Positions 49,346-58,979 of a DNA stretch of 64,000 nucleotides are shown piece by piece. Position numbers and translations under genes: made by a program. The number at the start of each line of letters is the position of its first letter. Positions within the stretch are counted from its first letter, which is position 1. Under the pieces are notes generated by a model that saw only the letters and a program-made list of their open reading frames with translations, ran no database searches and was not told the DNA's origin. This stretch comes from Candidatus Nanohalobium sp. (GTDB taxonomy: Archaea > Nanohalarchaeota > Nanosalinia > Nanosalinales > Nanosalinaceae), in assembly GCA_042217555.1 (NCBI GenBank), contig JBDGSL010000002.1:1-64000 (forward strand), in the 5' to 3' direction.

Positions 49346-50463
49346 TGATCGCGCTTCTACTCTCTCTTCTGACCGGTTTCCTTGCAGTTTTATTCGGCGT
49401 GCCTTACGCGAGAAACTTTCTTCTGTCCTCAGGGATATACGGGATCGACCAGCAGAAGAAGGAGAAACCCAGGCTGCCTACATCAGGAGGGGTAGTGGTT
49501 CTGTTCGGCTTCCTGTTATCCATAACATTCTACACCGGTATCTCATCTCTTCTACGGCCTCAGGGCATAGACAACGCCCTCATGTTTGCAGGTCTTTCAT
49601 CAGTCAACATAATAGCACTTATAGGGCTGCTTGACGACATACACATCGACCTTGAATCCCTGATACATGAACACACGGGAGAGGAAGTAGAGATCGACCT
49701 CGTGGAAGAGGTACAGGTACCAGGCGCCAGATTCTTCACCAGGATAACAGGAGACTTCACAGACTCCACCAACTCAGATGTACATCGGGAGGGCCTAAGC
49801 CAGATACCTAAAATGCTCTTCGTGCTTCCCGCAGCCTTCCCTCTAATGGCTGTAGGAGCGGGCTCATGGACAATGACACTGCCTGTGATCCAGTACACAG
49901 TCAACTGGGGGCTGATATATCCTCTCGTGATCCTCCCATTGATGCTGCTGTTCGTCGCCAACGTAGTAAACCTGCTGGCAGGAACAAACGGGCTCTCAAC
50001 GGGCATGAGCGCAGTAGCAGCCGCAGCAATGACAGTATTTGCCGCACTAAACGGCAGGACCGAAGCCATGGTGCTCTCAGCATCACTTGCCTCAACACTC
50101 ACAGCTTTCTACATCTACAACCGTTACCCAGCCTCTATACTCCCAGGAGACTCACTTCCATATCTTTCAGGAGCAGTACTCTTCACTACAGCAGTTATAG
50201 GCAACATGGAAAAGTTCGCAGTCTTCATCTTCATACCCTGGTTCCTTGAGTTCGTTTTGAAGCTCAGAAGCAGGATGAGCGCCCACTCATGGGGAATACT
50301 TCAGGAAGACGGCACACTAAAACCACAGCACGAGAAAACCTACTCCCTTACACATCCACTTATGAGGCATGGAATGAACGAAAAACAGATAACACAGACG
50401 CTCGTAACTTTCCAGGCGATCATCTCCGTGACAGGCCTCATACTCTTTCACACAGTACTATGA
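49342..50463 (+). CDS. UDP-GlcNAc:dolichyl-phosphate GlcNAc-1-phosphate transferase (AglH/GPT, MraY-like)
   Basis: GIDQQK, PTSGG, IGLLDD, NVVNLLAGTNGL, NRYPASILPGDS. Confidence 0.9.
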   Translation: MMIALLLSLLTGFLAVLFGVPYARNFLLSSGIYGIDQQKKEKPRLPTSGGVVVLFGFLLSITFYTGISSLLRPQGIDNALMFAGLSSVNIIALIGLLDDIHIDLESLIHEHTGEEVEIDLVEEVQVPGARFFTRITGDFTDSTNSDVHREGLSQIPKMLFVLPAAFPLMAVGAGSWTMTLPVIQYTVNWGLIYPLVILPLMLLFVANVVNLLAGTNGLSTGMSAVAAAAMTVFAALNGRTEAMVLSASLASTLTAFYIYNRYPASILPGDSLPYLSGAVLFTTAVIGNMEKFAVFIFIPWFLEFVLKLRSRMSAHSWGILQEDGTLKPQHEKTYSLTHPLMRHGMNEKQITQTLVTFQAIISVTGLILFHTVL

Positions 50464-50654
50464 CATACTACCAGTGCCCTGACTGCGGCTACAGGCAGAG
50501 AAGCGAAGCAGAAAAAAGAGTTAAATGCCACAGATGCGGCCGCAGCTACCTCAAGAAAGACGCCAAGAAGTTCTCATCGAAAACTGACGACATGGACGAA
50601 GAAGACAGGAAAAAAGCCGGATTCCACAACTACTCCAAAGACAGTGAAGACTAA
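50460..50654 (+). CDS. Small zinc-ribbon protein
   Basis: ATG at 50460 overlaps the upstream stop; CPDC...CHRC. Confidence 0.75.
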   Translation: MTYYQCPDCGYRQRSEAEKRVKCHRCGRSYLKKDAKKFSSKTDDMDEEDRKKAGFHNYSKDSED

Positions 50655-50674
50655 TCTCCATCTCCATATAACTC

Positions 50675-51580
50675 TTGAAGACTGCAGACACAACCGTGAA
50701 AACAAAAACACTGGAAGCACCGAACTTCGACCTTGAAGAAACCATGACCTGTGGCCAGACCTTCTGCTGGCACAGAACACAGGGAAAACTCTACAGGAAC
50801 AAAGACCGGACATCGTCCAGAGAAGTATCGGACAGGTTCTACACCTTCAGAAAACAGAGACCACTGATAGTAGAACAGGAGGACGAAAAACTCCACGTCC
50901 AGACAGAACTTGATAAAGATGAAGTTGAAGAAGCACTGGGACTTCACCACGACCTGGAAGATATATTTGAAAGGTTTCCTGAAGACTCAAGACTGGAAAA
51001 AGCCCGGCAAGAACTCTGGGGATTGAGAATAGTCCAGGACGAGTTCTTCCCCTGCCTCATCTCATATCTCTGCTCACCTCAGATGAGGATCCCACGGATC
51101 AAAAAGATGCACAACCAGATAGCCCGGAAATACGGCGAACTCCATGAGACAGACGGAGAGAAACTTCTCAGGTTCCCGACACAAAAAGAACTCTCTCAGG
51201 CTTCAGAAGATGAGCTGAGAGAACTGGGTATCGGCTACAGGGCAAAGTACATATCCGAGACGCTGGATATTCTGGAAGATGGCTTCAACCACTCCGAGAT
51301 GGACAAAATGGAGTACATCGAAGCTCGTAGACACCTCAAACAGCTCTACGGCGTCGGCGACAAGGTAGCTGACTGCATCCTCCTCTTCTCCAAAGGATTC
51401 TACCAGGCATATCCTCTTGACACATGGGCTTTACAGGCGGTCGAAAAACACTACCCTGAGCATCATTCGGATGACTACGATGAAACTTCCGAAAACCTGA
51501 GAAATCACTTCGGAGACTACTCCGGATACGCACAAGAATATATCTTTCACGCCGCAAGAAAAGGAATTATAGAGGTGTAG
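50675..51580 (+). CDS. 8-oxoguanine DNA glycosylase (OGG1-like, HhH-GPD)
   Basis: CGQTFCW, GLRI, FPT, LGIGYRAKYI, LYGVGDKVADCI, PLDT, GYAQEYIF. Confidence 0.93.
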   Translation: MKTADTTVKTKTLEAPNFDLEETMTCGQTFCWHRTQGKLYRNKDRTSSREVSDRFYTFRKQRPLIVEQEDEKLHVQTELDKDEVEEALGLHHDLEDIFERFPEDSRLEKARQELWGLRIVQDEFFPCLISYLCSPQMRIPRIKKMHNQIARKYGELHETDGEKLLRFPTQKELSQASEDELRELGIGYRAKYISETLDILEDGFNHSEMDKMEYIEARRHLKQLYGVGDKVADCILLFSKGFYQAYPLDTWALQAVEKHYPEHHSDDYDETSENLRNHFGDYSGYAQEYIFHAARKGIIEV

Positions 51581-51583
51581 AAA

Positions 51584-51895
51584 ATGTCTCTGAGTGAAGA
51601 ACAGAAGAAGATCGAGGAATTCATGCAAAGATACGACATGAGGGGTACTCCGGAGTTCCAGATAATAGATTTAATGGCTGAAGTAGGTGAAGTCGCTGGT
51701 GATGTGACAAAGTCATCTGAATACGGTTTAGAGAAAAACAAAATGGATGTGAAGAAGGATGAACTCGGTGACGTGTTTTTCTCGCTTTTTGCAGTATGTA
51801 GTTCTTTAGGTATAGATTCAGAAGAAGCTCTTGAAACCGCTTTGGAGAAGTACGAGGATAGGATAATTGAGAAGGGTGATCCGGGATCGAAGTAA
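51584..51895 (+). CDS. MazG-like nucleotide pyrophosphohydrolase
   Basis: AEVGEVA, DELGDVFF, ALEKY. Confidence 0.9.
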   Translation: MSLSEEQKKIEEFMQRYDMRGTPEFQIIDLMAEVGEVAGDVTKSSEYGLEKNKMDVKKDELGDVFFSLFAVCSSLGIDSEEALETALEKYEDRIIEKGDPGSK

Positions 51896-51897
51896 CC

Positions 51898-52098
51898 TTG
51901 ATCAGAGATGACCTTGAAGATAAGCAGGAGAAGGTTCTGGAGGTAGAAGACGGATTAAGTGTTTCGGAGTTCCTTGAAAAACAGGGTATTGAAAGACAGG
52001 AGGTTTTAGTTTCCCGTAACAGCACTATAATCTCTGGTAGTCATACCTTGGAGGATGGAGACACTGTAGAAGTGTTTGATGTCATCGCAGGCGGTTGA
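51898..52098 (+). CDS. SAMP/MoaD/ThiS ubiquitin-like protein
   Basis: Beta-grasp size, LEDGDTVEV, C-terminal AGG; true start may be ATC at 51886. Confidence 0.9.
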   Translation: MIRDDLEDKQEKVLEVEDGLSVSEFLEKQGIERQEVLVSRNSTIISGSHTLEDGDTVEVFDVIAGG

Positions 52099-52134
52099 TA
52101 CCCTTTTATTGTTTCACGTACATACCATGAAGTA

Positions 52135-52461
52135 ATGAACTTCCTGGAGATGGAAGACAAGGATGACCGGGATATAATATACGATGTCTTCGATCTAAAC
52201 GACCTCCAATGCAGCATATTCCAGGAACTACAGGACGACAAGAAGACAGTCCAGGAGATAGCCGAGGAAGTAGACAGAAACCGGTCCACAGTACAGAGAG
52301 CACTGCAGGAGATGATGGACAAAGAACTTCTAATGAGAGAAGGCCGGACGGAAAAAACAGTTTACTACGTCTACACCACTCTACCGATCGAAGAACTCAG
52401 GGAACTTACCTGCGAAGTCGTCGAGACATGGGCCTCCGAAGTAGAAGAAAAACTATCGTAA
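52135..52461 (+). CDS. HTH transcriptional regulator (TrmB/COG3355-like)
   Basis: TVQEIAEEVDRNRSTVQRALQ, YYVY. Confidence 0.88.
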   Translation: MNFLEMEDKDDRDIIYDVFDLNDLQCSIFQELQDDKKTVQEIAEEVDRNRSTVQRALQEMMDKELLMREGRTEKTVYYVYTTLPIEELRELTCEVVETWASEVEEKLS

Positions 52462-52474
52462 AAAATTCTTCACC

Positions 52475-52771
52475 TCAGTACTTCCAGAACAGAAAACCCA
52501 GGTACGTCAGTGCAACCAGTTCACTGAAAACCCTGAACAAAGGAGAAAAACTGACGTCAACAACATAGAAAACAGCACCAAGCACTACAAAACCGGTTAA
52601 AACCAGTCTGCTCTCAGTTACAAACAGTTCAGCCAGTCGCTTCCTGGTCAAACCCTTGCCCCTGTAAAGCCGGACCAGAGAATAAACCAGGTAATACTTC
52701 ACAGCCACGGACGCCACCATCCACGTACTGGAAACAACTTCGTAAACCACACCGGTCAACGCCTGGATCAT
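52475..52771 (-). CDS. Hypothetical membrane protein
   Basis: Three hydrophobic segments; fills the gap between neighbours. Confidence 0.6.
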   Translation of the reverse strand: MIQALTGVVYEVVSSTWMVASVAVKYYLVYSLVRLYRGKGLTRKRLAELFVTESRLVLTGFVVLGAVFYVVDVSFSPLFRVFSELVALTYLGFLFWKY

Positions 52772-52879
52772 AAGAAACCCTTAACTCCTACAGACTTAAA
52801 ACCTGACCGGCAGAAAAAAACTGTAGAAAAAGAAAACCGGAACAAAACTTCCAGAAAAGACATACAGAGAACTCAGAGT

Positions 52880-53155
52880 TCACTCCTCGTTCTCCTCAAC
52901 CTCACTCGTCTGGAAATCGTTGATTATAATTATATCATCGATGCTCTGAACCATCCTGTAAGGAATAACAACGTTCTTGGAACCTCCGACCTTCTGAGCA
53001 AGGTAAGAACCTTTCTCCGCACCTACAACTACTGCACGGACAGCAAACTTCCCCAGGTTAAGCTCAACATCCTTAACTTTTCCACAGTAAGACCCGTTAC
53101 TCGTAAAAACATCTTTCTGCTTGATATCCGAGAAATCAAGAATATTCTCCGGCAC
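52880..53155 (-). CDS. PRC-barrel domain protein
   Basis: VFTSNGSYCGKVKDVEL, VVIPYRMVQSIDDIIII. Confidence 0.9.
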   Translation of the reverse strand: MPENILDFSDIKQKDVFTSNGSYCGKVKDVELNLGKFAVRAVVVGAEKGSYLAQKVGGSKNVVIPYRMVQSIDDIIIINDFQTSEVEENEE

Positions 53156-53278
53156 TTTTTATCACTCCACACACAAACAACAACAGTCAGAAACTTAAAT
53201 ACCTTTCTCCAACCTCTACCCCTATCAGTGCCTGTGAGATTTTAAGTCTTGCCCGACACAAAACATTTACACCTGGAA

Positions 53279-53369
53279 GTCGGGGTGGCAGAGTATGGTC
53301 TAATGCGGTGGCTTGCTAAGCCATTGAGGGCGCAACGCTCTCACCCGGGTTCAAATCCCGGCCCCGGCG
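53279..53369 (+). tRNA. tRNA-Ser (GCT)
   Basis: Acceptor GTCGGGG/CCCCGGC, anticodon arm GTGGC-TTGCTAA-GCCAT, long variable arm, CCGGG-TTCAAAT-CCCGG; no encoded CCA. Confidence 0.96.
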
Positions 53370-53677
53370 CACTTTAATCTGATATGGCGGCATTTGATGT
53401 AAGAAGCAGCATTTCTGCCTGCTTCGGGTTCAAATCCCTGCCTCCCGGGGCGTTTAGCCGTTCTATTAACAGAACTGTTCGTTAATTTGGCCTTCTTCAA
53501 GTCAGATGGATTTGAAGAGGCGGTGAAGGAAGCTCAATGATATTTTCAAAGGAGAGGCTGATACTGGCCTGGTGCTCTCAAAAGCCTCTAACTACTGACC
53601 AGTATTTCCCTTCCAGTCCCTGAAATTACTGTTCAGTTACTTCTCCGGTTAAATAGCATGAGGCTTCAATCCAGGTT

Positions 53678-54265
53678 ATGAAAGAGATTCGTTCTGACGT
53701 GGAAGGTTTTCGTGAGCCTGGAAAAAACATTGACCCTCTCTTTGTCAACCGGTGGTCGCCCCGTGCACTTGGCAGAGAAATGGAGAAAGAAGACCTTGAG
53801 GCGCTTTTCGAGGCGGCGAGGTGGGCGCCAAGCAGCTATAACAATCAGAGCTGGCGTTTTATCTATGCCACGCATGAAGACGAGGAATGGGAGGACTTCT
53901 GCAATCTTTTAAGCGATTTTAACAGGGAGTGGGCGGAGAAAGGTTACGCTTTGATTGTTATCGTCTCAAAAACTAGTTTTGACCATAACGGCGAGTTTTC
54001 CAGGACGCACAGCTTCGACGTTGGCGCGGCCTGGGAGAACCTGGCGTTAGAGGCCGCGAGAAGAGACCTGATCGCCCATGGAATGCAGGGATTTGACTAC
54101 GAAGAAGCTGAGGAAGAACTCGGCGTGCCGGAAGGGTTTGAGGTTGAGGCTATGGTTGCCGTCGGAAGCAAAGAAGACGAATCCAAACTGGACGAGGACT
54201 TCCGGGTAGAGCCAAACGGCAGAAAAGACCTAGATGAAATCGTATTCCAGGGAAGCTTCCCGTAA
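53678..54265 (+). CDS. Nitroreductase family protein
   Basis: RWSPRA, AARWAPSSYNNQSWRF, HGMQGFD. Confidence 0.95.
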   Translation: MKEIRSDVEGFREPGKNIDPLFVNRWSPRALGREMEKEDLEALFEAARWAPSSYNNQSWRFIYATHEDEEWEDFCNLLSDFNREWAEKGYALIVIVSKTSFDHNGEFSRTHSFDVGAAWENLALEAARRDLIAHGMQGFDYEEAEEELGVPEGFEVEAMVAVGSKEDESKLDEDFRVEPNGRKDLDEIVFQGSFP

Positions 54266-54326
54266 CCTTCTCTTCTCCTTTCCGCTCTTTTTCTTAGGTT
54301 TCCAACGCAGATGAAGTCATTTCAGT

Positions 54327-54770
54327 CTATTTTTTGACGTTTGCTACGTCTCCCAGTGTTGCTTTTCTGGAGTCGCTGTCTGAGGTGTCGTCGTAGTTGG
54401 TTACTTCGGGGTTGACGTAGAGTGTGATGTCGAGTTCTTTGGAGAGTTTGCCTGCAAGGCTTTTGTCTGGTTTGAGTTCTTCTCTCTCCACTTTCTTTAT
54501 TACTGATGTTTTTTCATTGAGTGAGTCGGCGAGTTCCTTGATGGATAGTTCTCTGTCTTCTCTTGCGTTTCTAACCCTGCTGCCGTAGTCGTTGGCCAGG
54601 GTCTTGCTTTTATTGTTTCTTCTCTTTTTCCTCTTCTTTTTCTTTCTGGACTTGGTGTCTATCTTTTCTCCCATTTCTGCGCAGGAGTCACATACCTGCA
54701 TCACTGCTCCTTCGATTTTAGCCTTTGTAGTTGATTCAACTTCTTCTCCGCATAGCTGGCATTTAGGCAT
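54327..54770 (-). CDS. Archaeal multiprotein bridging factor aMBF1
   Basis: CQLCG...IEGA..VCDSC zinc ribbon, HTH, C-terminal TLGDV. Confidence 0.93.
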   Translation of the reverse strand: MPKCQLCGEEVESTTKAKIEGAVMQVCDSCAEMGEKIDTKSRKKKKRKKRRNNKSKTLANDYGSRVRNAREDRELSIKELADSLNEKTSVIKKVEREELKPDKSLAGKLSKELDITLYVNPEVTNYDDTSDSDSRKATLGDVANVKK

Positions 54771-54857
54771 TATGTCTCACAGTCATTTCGGAATTCTTTT
54801 GGTGGTAGTTTTTTCTCCTCTACTTTAAACAGGGTTTTCACAAGTTTAATAATCTGA

Positions 54858-55337
54858 TCAATTTTTCACCCTGGAAACCAGTAAGCCGTAAACTACGCCG
54901 CTTACAGCCACGAAGAGGAAGAAGGCACCTGCAGCCAGCAACAGGTTTTCCGGGCCTGAACTGCTGGAGGCTGCATCCATGGCGGTGAAACCGGTCTTCT
55001 CTTTCTCTTTCACTGCACCTGCCAGGAAAGCAGAACCGATCCAGCCGGTTGAAAGACTTGAAAGTATGGAGAACTTTACCTTCCGGCTTCTACCCTCAAG
55101 TATTGCTTCTGTCTTTTCCGTAGGGTGGTAGACCACTCTCCTCCTCCCCTCTTCCGAGTCTTTCTCCAGTAGTTCTGCCTCACACAGCTGCTGGAGATGT
55201 GAGGACACGGTCGACTTGCTCCTACCCACCTTCTCACTCAGGTCTGTAGGAGTCATTTCACCGTCTATAGTTTCGTTAAGTATCTCTATACGCTTGGGAG
55301 AGGAAAGAGCCTTCACTGTTTTGAAGTCAAGTTCCAT
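54858..55337 (-). CDS. ArsR-family HTH protein with C-terminal membrane anchor
   Basis: KALSSPKRIEIL, SKSTVSSHL, hydrophobic C-terminus. Confidence 0.85.
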   Translation of the reverse strand: MELDFKTVKALSSPKRIEILNETIDGEMTPTDLSEKVGRSKSTVSSHLQQLCEAELLEKDSEEGRRRVVYHPTEKTEAILEGRSRKVKFSILSSLSTGWIGSAFLAGAVKEKEKTGFTAMDAASSSSGPENLLLAAGAFFLFVAVSGVVYGLLVSRVKN

Positions 55338-55517
55338 AACCTGTTTTCCAGCACTGGATATTTTTAAACTCTCCTTTATTTTGTTCGATAGAAATCAAAC
55401 TATCTGGCAGAAGGAGGCCAAAAACAGGGTTGAAAAGGTGTTTTGAACCAGGTTTTGACGGTGAAACCCCAGTACCTATAAAAAAGAGGCCTGACAATAC
55501 GTTTTTGGTGAATTAAC

Positions 55518-55685
55518 ATGGTAGACGTACTTAAGAAGTCTGGAGTCCGTGACGCAGCTGACGGCGTCAACGTCGGAAGCGATTTCTATGATGCACTCGA
55601 CGAGAGAGTAAAGGAAATGGTAGAAAGAGCAGTCGAGAGAGCACAGGATAACGGACGAAAGACCGTCAAGGCAAGAGACGTTTAA
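55518..55685 (+). CDS. Minimal histone-fold protein (DUF1931-like), 55 aa
   Basis: Below the ORF-track cutoff: MVDVLKKSGVRDAADGVNVGSDFYDALDERVKEMVERAVERAQDNGRKTVKARDV. GGTGA SD, upstream TATAAAAA, downstream T-tracts. Confidence 0.92.
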   Translation: MVDVLKKSGVRDAADGVNVGSDFYDALDERVKEMVERAVERAQDNGRKTVKARDV

Positions 55686-55689
55686 AAAC

Positions 55690-55745
55690 GTCTTTTTTAT
55701 CCTGTATTCTTCATTTTAACTTCTCTTTTTACTCTTGTTTTTCCC
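55690..55745 (+). terminator. T-rich terminator after the histone gene
   Basis: Several T5-T7 tracts immediately after the stop. Confidence 0.5.
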
Positions 55746-55753
55746 GTAAGGGT

Positions 55754-55969
55754 TTAGAATTCTTCCCGGTGTCTGTTCTTCTCCTCAAGCATCTCTTCTA
55801 TCCTGTCAAGTGCGTTCCTAAGTTCTTCAACTGTTTCAAGGTCTTCTACCGGCAGTCTTCCAAGCCCGCCGTCGTTTATCTCTATAACTGCTTTTCCATC
55901 TCTTTCCTCTACTGTAAAGTCAAGGACGCTGTAGGGTCCTTCGCTGAATTCATAGAGTATCTCGGACAT
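55754..55969 (-). CDS. Hypothetical acidic protein
   Basis: Likely start MSEILYEF at 55969; composition matches real genes. Confidence 0.7.
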   Translation of the reverse strand: MSEILYEFSEGPYSVLDFTVEERDGKAVIEINDGGLGRLPVEDLETVEELRNALDRIEEMLEEKNRHREEF

Positions 55970-56008
55970 AAGAAGTAGTGACGTGGAGAAGGTTAAATCA
56001 GTTTCCAC

Positions 56009-57109
56009 TCACTTGCAGATCTCGCCGATGTCTGTCCGGGCCTCAGGGACAAACTTGGTTCCAAGAACAGTATTATTGGATTCGACAAAGCTTTCAGCTC
56101 CTATAAGCGATTCTCTTATAACTGTACCGGGCTTGACGTCACAGTCCTCGGCTATAACAGCGTCTTCAACCGCTGTAAAGGCATCCAGTATGTTTCCGTG
56201 GAACAGGAGGCTGTCCTGCACGCTGCACTGATCTAACTGTGTCTGGCCCATCACTGTAGAATCCTTTACAACTGTCCCTGACTTTATACGGCATCCGTCT
56301 CCTATGTAACACCTGCCCTTGATACATGCACCGGGTTCCACAACTGCTTCCTGGCCTATAACTACTTCACCTTCTATAAATGCTTCTTCACTGACTTCTG
56401 CAGTCTCGTGTATACTGGTGCTGTCTATCGAAGAGTTTCTCTTCACTCTGTCAGCTTCCCAGAGCTTTTCCCCTGAGCCTATATCTATCCAGTAGTCTTC
56501 AGCTATCACGAAGTAAGCTCCATCTTCTTCTGCCATCTTCTGCACTGCGTCAGTTATGCTTTTCTGGTCTTCCTCAAGATCTTCTATCCTGTCGAAGATA
56601 CGGGAGGTGAAAGCATAGATACCGGTGTTTATCAACGGGTTCTCAGGTTCCTCAGGCTTCTCCTCTATCGACTTAACCTCGTCGTTCTCAATGCTGAGCA
56701 CTCCAAACTTCTCCGGTCGGTTCTCATACGTCGCCAGCATACTGGCTCTTCCCGTCTCCCGAAACTTGTCGATCAACCGGTTCAGATCCTGTCCCGAAGC
56801 GATAACGTCTCCGTTTACAACTATGAAGTCGTCCTCGATGAAGTTACAGGTCTTGACCGCAGAGGCCGTTCCCTCAAGGTTTTCCTGGTGCACAATGTTC
56901 ACATCGGTCCGTTCACCGAACTCGGTTTCAAACAACTCTTCAAGGTGATTGGTCACGAGATAGACTTCGTCGATACCGTTATCCCTTAACGCCTCTATAA
57001 CATGTTTTACAACTGCTTTACCTGCTACAGGCATCAGAGGGGTCGGCAGGGTTTCGGAAAATGGAAACATACCTTCTTTCTTCCTGGCACAAGGGATAAC
57101 AGCTTTCAC
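56009..57109 (-). CDS. GlmU-like sugar-phosphate nucleotidyltransferase with LbH domain, degenerate active site
   Basis: MKAVIP, GTASA, VNGDV, FGV, EEKP, INTGIY, WIDIG; hexapeptide repeats. Confidence 0.85.
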   Translation of the reverse strand: MKAVIPCARKKEGMFPFSETLPTPLMPVAGKAVVKHVIEALRDNGIDEVYLVTNHLEELFETEFGERTDVNIVHQENLEGTASAVKTCNFIEDDFIVVNGDVIASGQDLNRLIDKFRETGRASMLATYENRPEKFGVLSIENDEVKSIEEKPEEPENPLINTGIYAFTSRIFDRIEDLEEDQKSITDAVQKMAEEDGAYFVIAEDYWIDIGSGEKLWEADRVKRNSSIDSTSIHETAEVSEEAFIEGEVVIGQEAVVEPGACIKGRCYIGDGCRIKSGTVVKDSTVMGQTQLDQCSVQDSLLFHGNILDAFTAVEDAVIAEDCDVKPGTVIRESLIGAESFVESNNTVLGTKFVPEARTDIGEICK

Positions 57110-58350
57110 CTGGCAACACCACTGTTATCCGGACTGTCTGAAATCTTTTTATCATCTACGAAGGAACGAATCCTCTCACTTGCGTCGTCTACGGCCTCGA
57201 AAACATCGCCGCTGTAACCTGATTCCTGTATATCGAACAGGCCGTCCATAAACCTCTCCACTTCTTCGGCGTCAACTTCTCTGCTCTCTACGCCTGCAGC
57301 TTCCAGAACTGACTTCTCAAGAACCCTGTAGAGCTGGCCACGTAGAAGAGAAGGAGTACTTAACTCTTCTCTGTCCTCCATATCGTAAAGCCGGTTGTTC
57401 ATCAGGTCGCCTATCAACGTTCTGGAACCTTCGATACGGAAGAAACGGCACTCAACATCCCGGAAACCTTTGCCCCCCAGCTCTCTGTAACCAGCACGGA
57501 ACAGATCACTGCCGAACAACTCGTTAACCCTGCTTGAAAGCAGCCCCGCACGTTCACTCAAGCCCATCCAGGAACCATACATATCGACACAGGTCTCCCC
57601 GCTGCTGAAAACACCTTTACACTTTCCAACTGCCGAACAGTCCGAAACACTTCTTGAACTGCTTCCATCAGTCTCCAGCAGTCTCTCACCTCCAAGATTC
57701 TTTGGCACAAGGTACTCTATGTCTGCCTCCGTGAAACTGAACTCTTCAGACTCCAGGAAATCCATTACATAGATGCAGCTGGAAAGCCTGTCCAGAACAC
57801 ATCCTCCACGCACATGTGAAAACCTGACAGGCTGCAAGACTTTCTGAACGCCGAAAGAGGACTCGCTGAAAACCTCGACCTGTTCAACGGTTTCATCTTC
57901 CAGCAACTCCCTGGTCTTCATAACCACAGGGTTCTCCCTCTCCAGAGAATCAACCTTGTAGCTGACCGGGCTGCTGGCCGCCAGTTTCCTCTCAGAGACA
58001 TGCTCATCTCGTGTAACCGACGGCGGCTTCTCCGTCAAGTGGTGGAACCCATGTGTCAGCGACTCCGATATATTCCTGCTGTGAAGATGCGGAGGCCCTG
58101 CATCATAGATCAAAACCGTTCCATCAACCTCTTCTGCCGCAGAATACAGGTCATCTAACCTGTCAAACACCTCGATATCCCTGCCAAGACATTCCGCAAA
58201 CCTCTCAACACGTTCCTCGACATCAAAATCCCTGCAGTGAACACCTTCAAAACTTACATCAGCAGGGAAAAACTCCTCGAAATCCAGAAAGTACTCGAAA
58301 CCTTTCCTGCCTACATCCCGACAGCCGGTCTGAAATATATGAACTGCCAC
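57106..58350 (-). CDS. Divergent Gfo/Idh/MocA-like oxidoreductase
   Basis: GPPHLH, HHLTEKP, GGCVLD; glycine-rich loop is degenerate. Confidence 0.6.
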   Translation of the reverse strand: MAVHIFQTGCRDVGRKGFEYFLDFEEFFPADVSFEGVHCRDFDVEERVERFAECLGRDIEVFDRLDDLYSAAEEVDGTVLIYDAGPPHLHSRNISESLTHGFHHLTEKPPSVTRDEHVSERKLAASSPVSYKVDSLERENPVVMKTRELLEDETVEQVEVFSESSFGVQKVLQPVRFSHVRGGCVLDRLSSCIYVMDFLESEEFSFTEADIEYLVPKNLGGERLLETDGSSSRSVSDCSAVGKCKGVFSSGETCVDMYGSWMGLSERAGLLSSRVNELFGSDLFRAGYRELGGKGFRDVECRFFRIEGSRTLIGDLMNNRLYDMEDREELSTPSLLRGQLYRVLEKSVLEAAGVESREVDAEEVERFMDGLFDIQESGYSGDVFEAVDDASERIRSFVDDKKISDSPDNSGVAR

Positions 58351-58454
58351 ACCAACAAGTTCTATCCCTCCGGATTTAACTCTTTGGTGAGGAGTCTCCT
58401 TGAGGAAGTCACAATCTCCACCAGGATAAAAAACTTGAGAGCTGTTACTATCTC

Positions 58455-58895
58455 ATGGTTAGGATGGGTGCGAGAGTTCCAGAGAAGCTCAAGCAGTACG
58501 TGAAGGAGACCGTAGAGGAAGACGTCTTTGATAATGAATCCGAGTTCCTCCGTTTTGCCATCCAGGACACCCTGAAGAGGTATCAGGATGATTTAGGTGT
58601 TGATGACAAGGATGTTTTTGACTCAGATTATCATGTGAAAAAAGAACTGCTTGAAGAAGCAGATGAAGAATTTTATGAAGATGTACGTGAAGTTCTTGAG
58701 CCTTCAGGTAGTGGAGAGGTGAGAACTGCTGTAGATATGATCTATGGAGGGTATATCATGGAGAATGAAAGGATGGTGGAGGAAGGGGTTTACCGCCTAG
58801 CTTCACAGATCGATTCTGATATAGAGGAACAGGACTCTGATATATGTGAGTACGTTGAAACTGCCTTGGATGATGTGCGTAAGAGGCTGGAGTAA
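58455..58895 (+). CDS. RHH-domain protein
   Basis: ARVPEKLK...FDNESEFLRFAI. Confidence 0.75.
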   Translation: MVRMGARVPEKLKQYVKETVEEDVFDNESEFLRFAIQDTLKRYQDDLGVDDKDVFDSDYHVKKELLEEADEEFYEDVREVLEPSGSGEVRTAVDMIYGGYIMENERMVEEGVYRLASQIDSDIEEQDSDICEYVETALDDVRKRLE

Positions 58896-58979
58896 TTCCT
58901 TATTTAAAATTTTATCCGGCTTTTTTCTCCTACGAGGTATCAAAAAGTTATGATTGGAAATGTAGGAGGCGGTTTTTGA

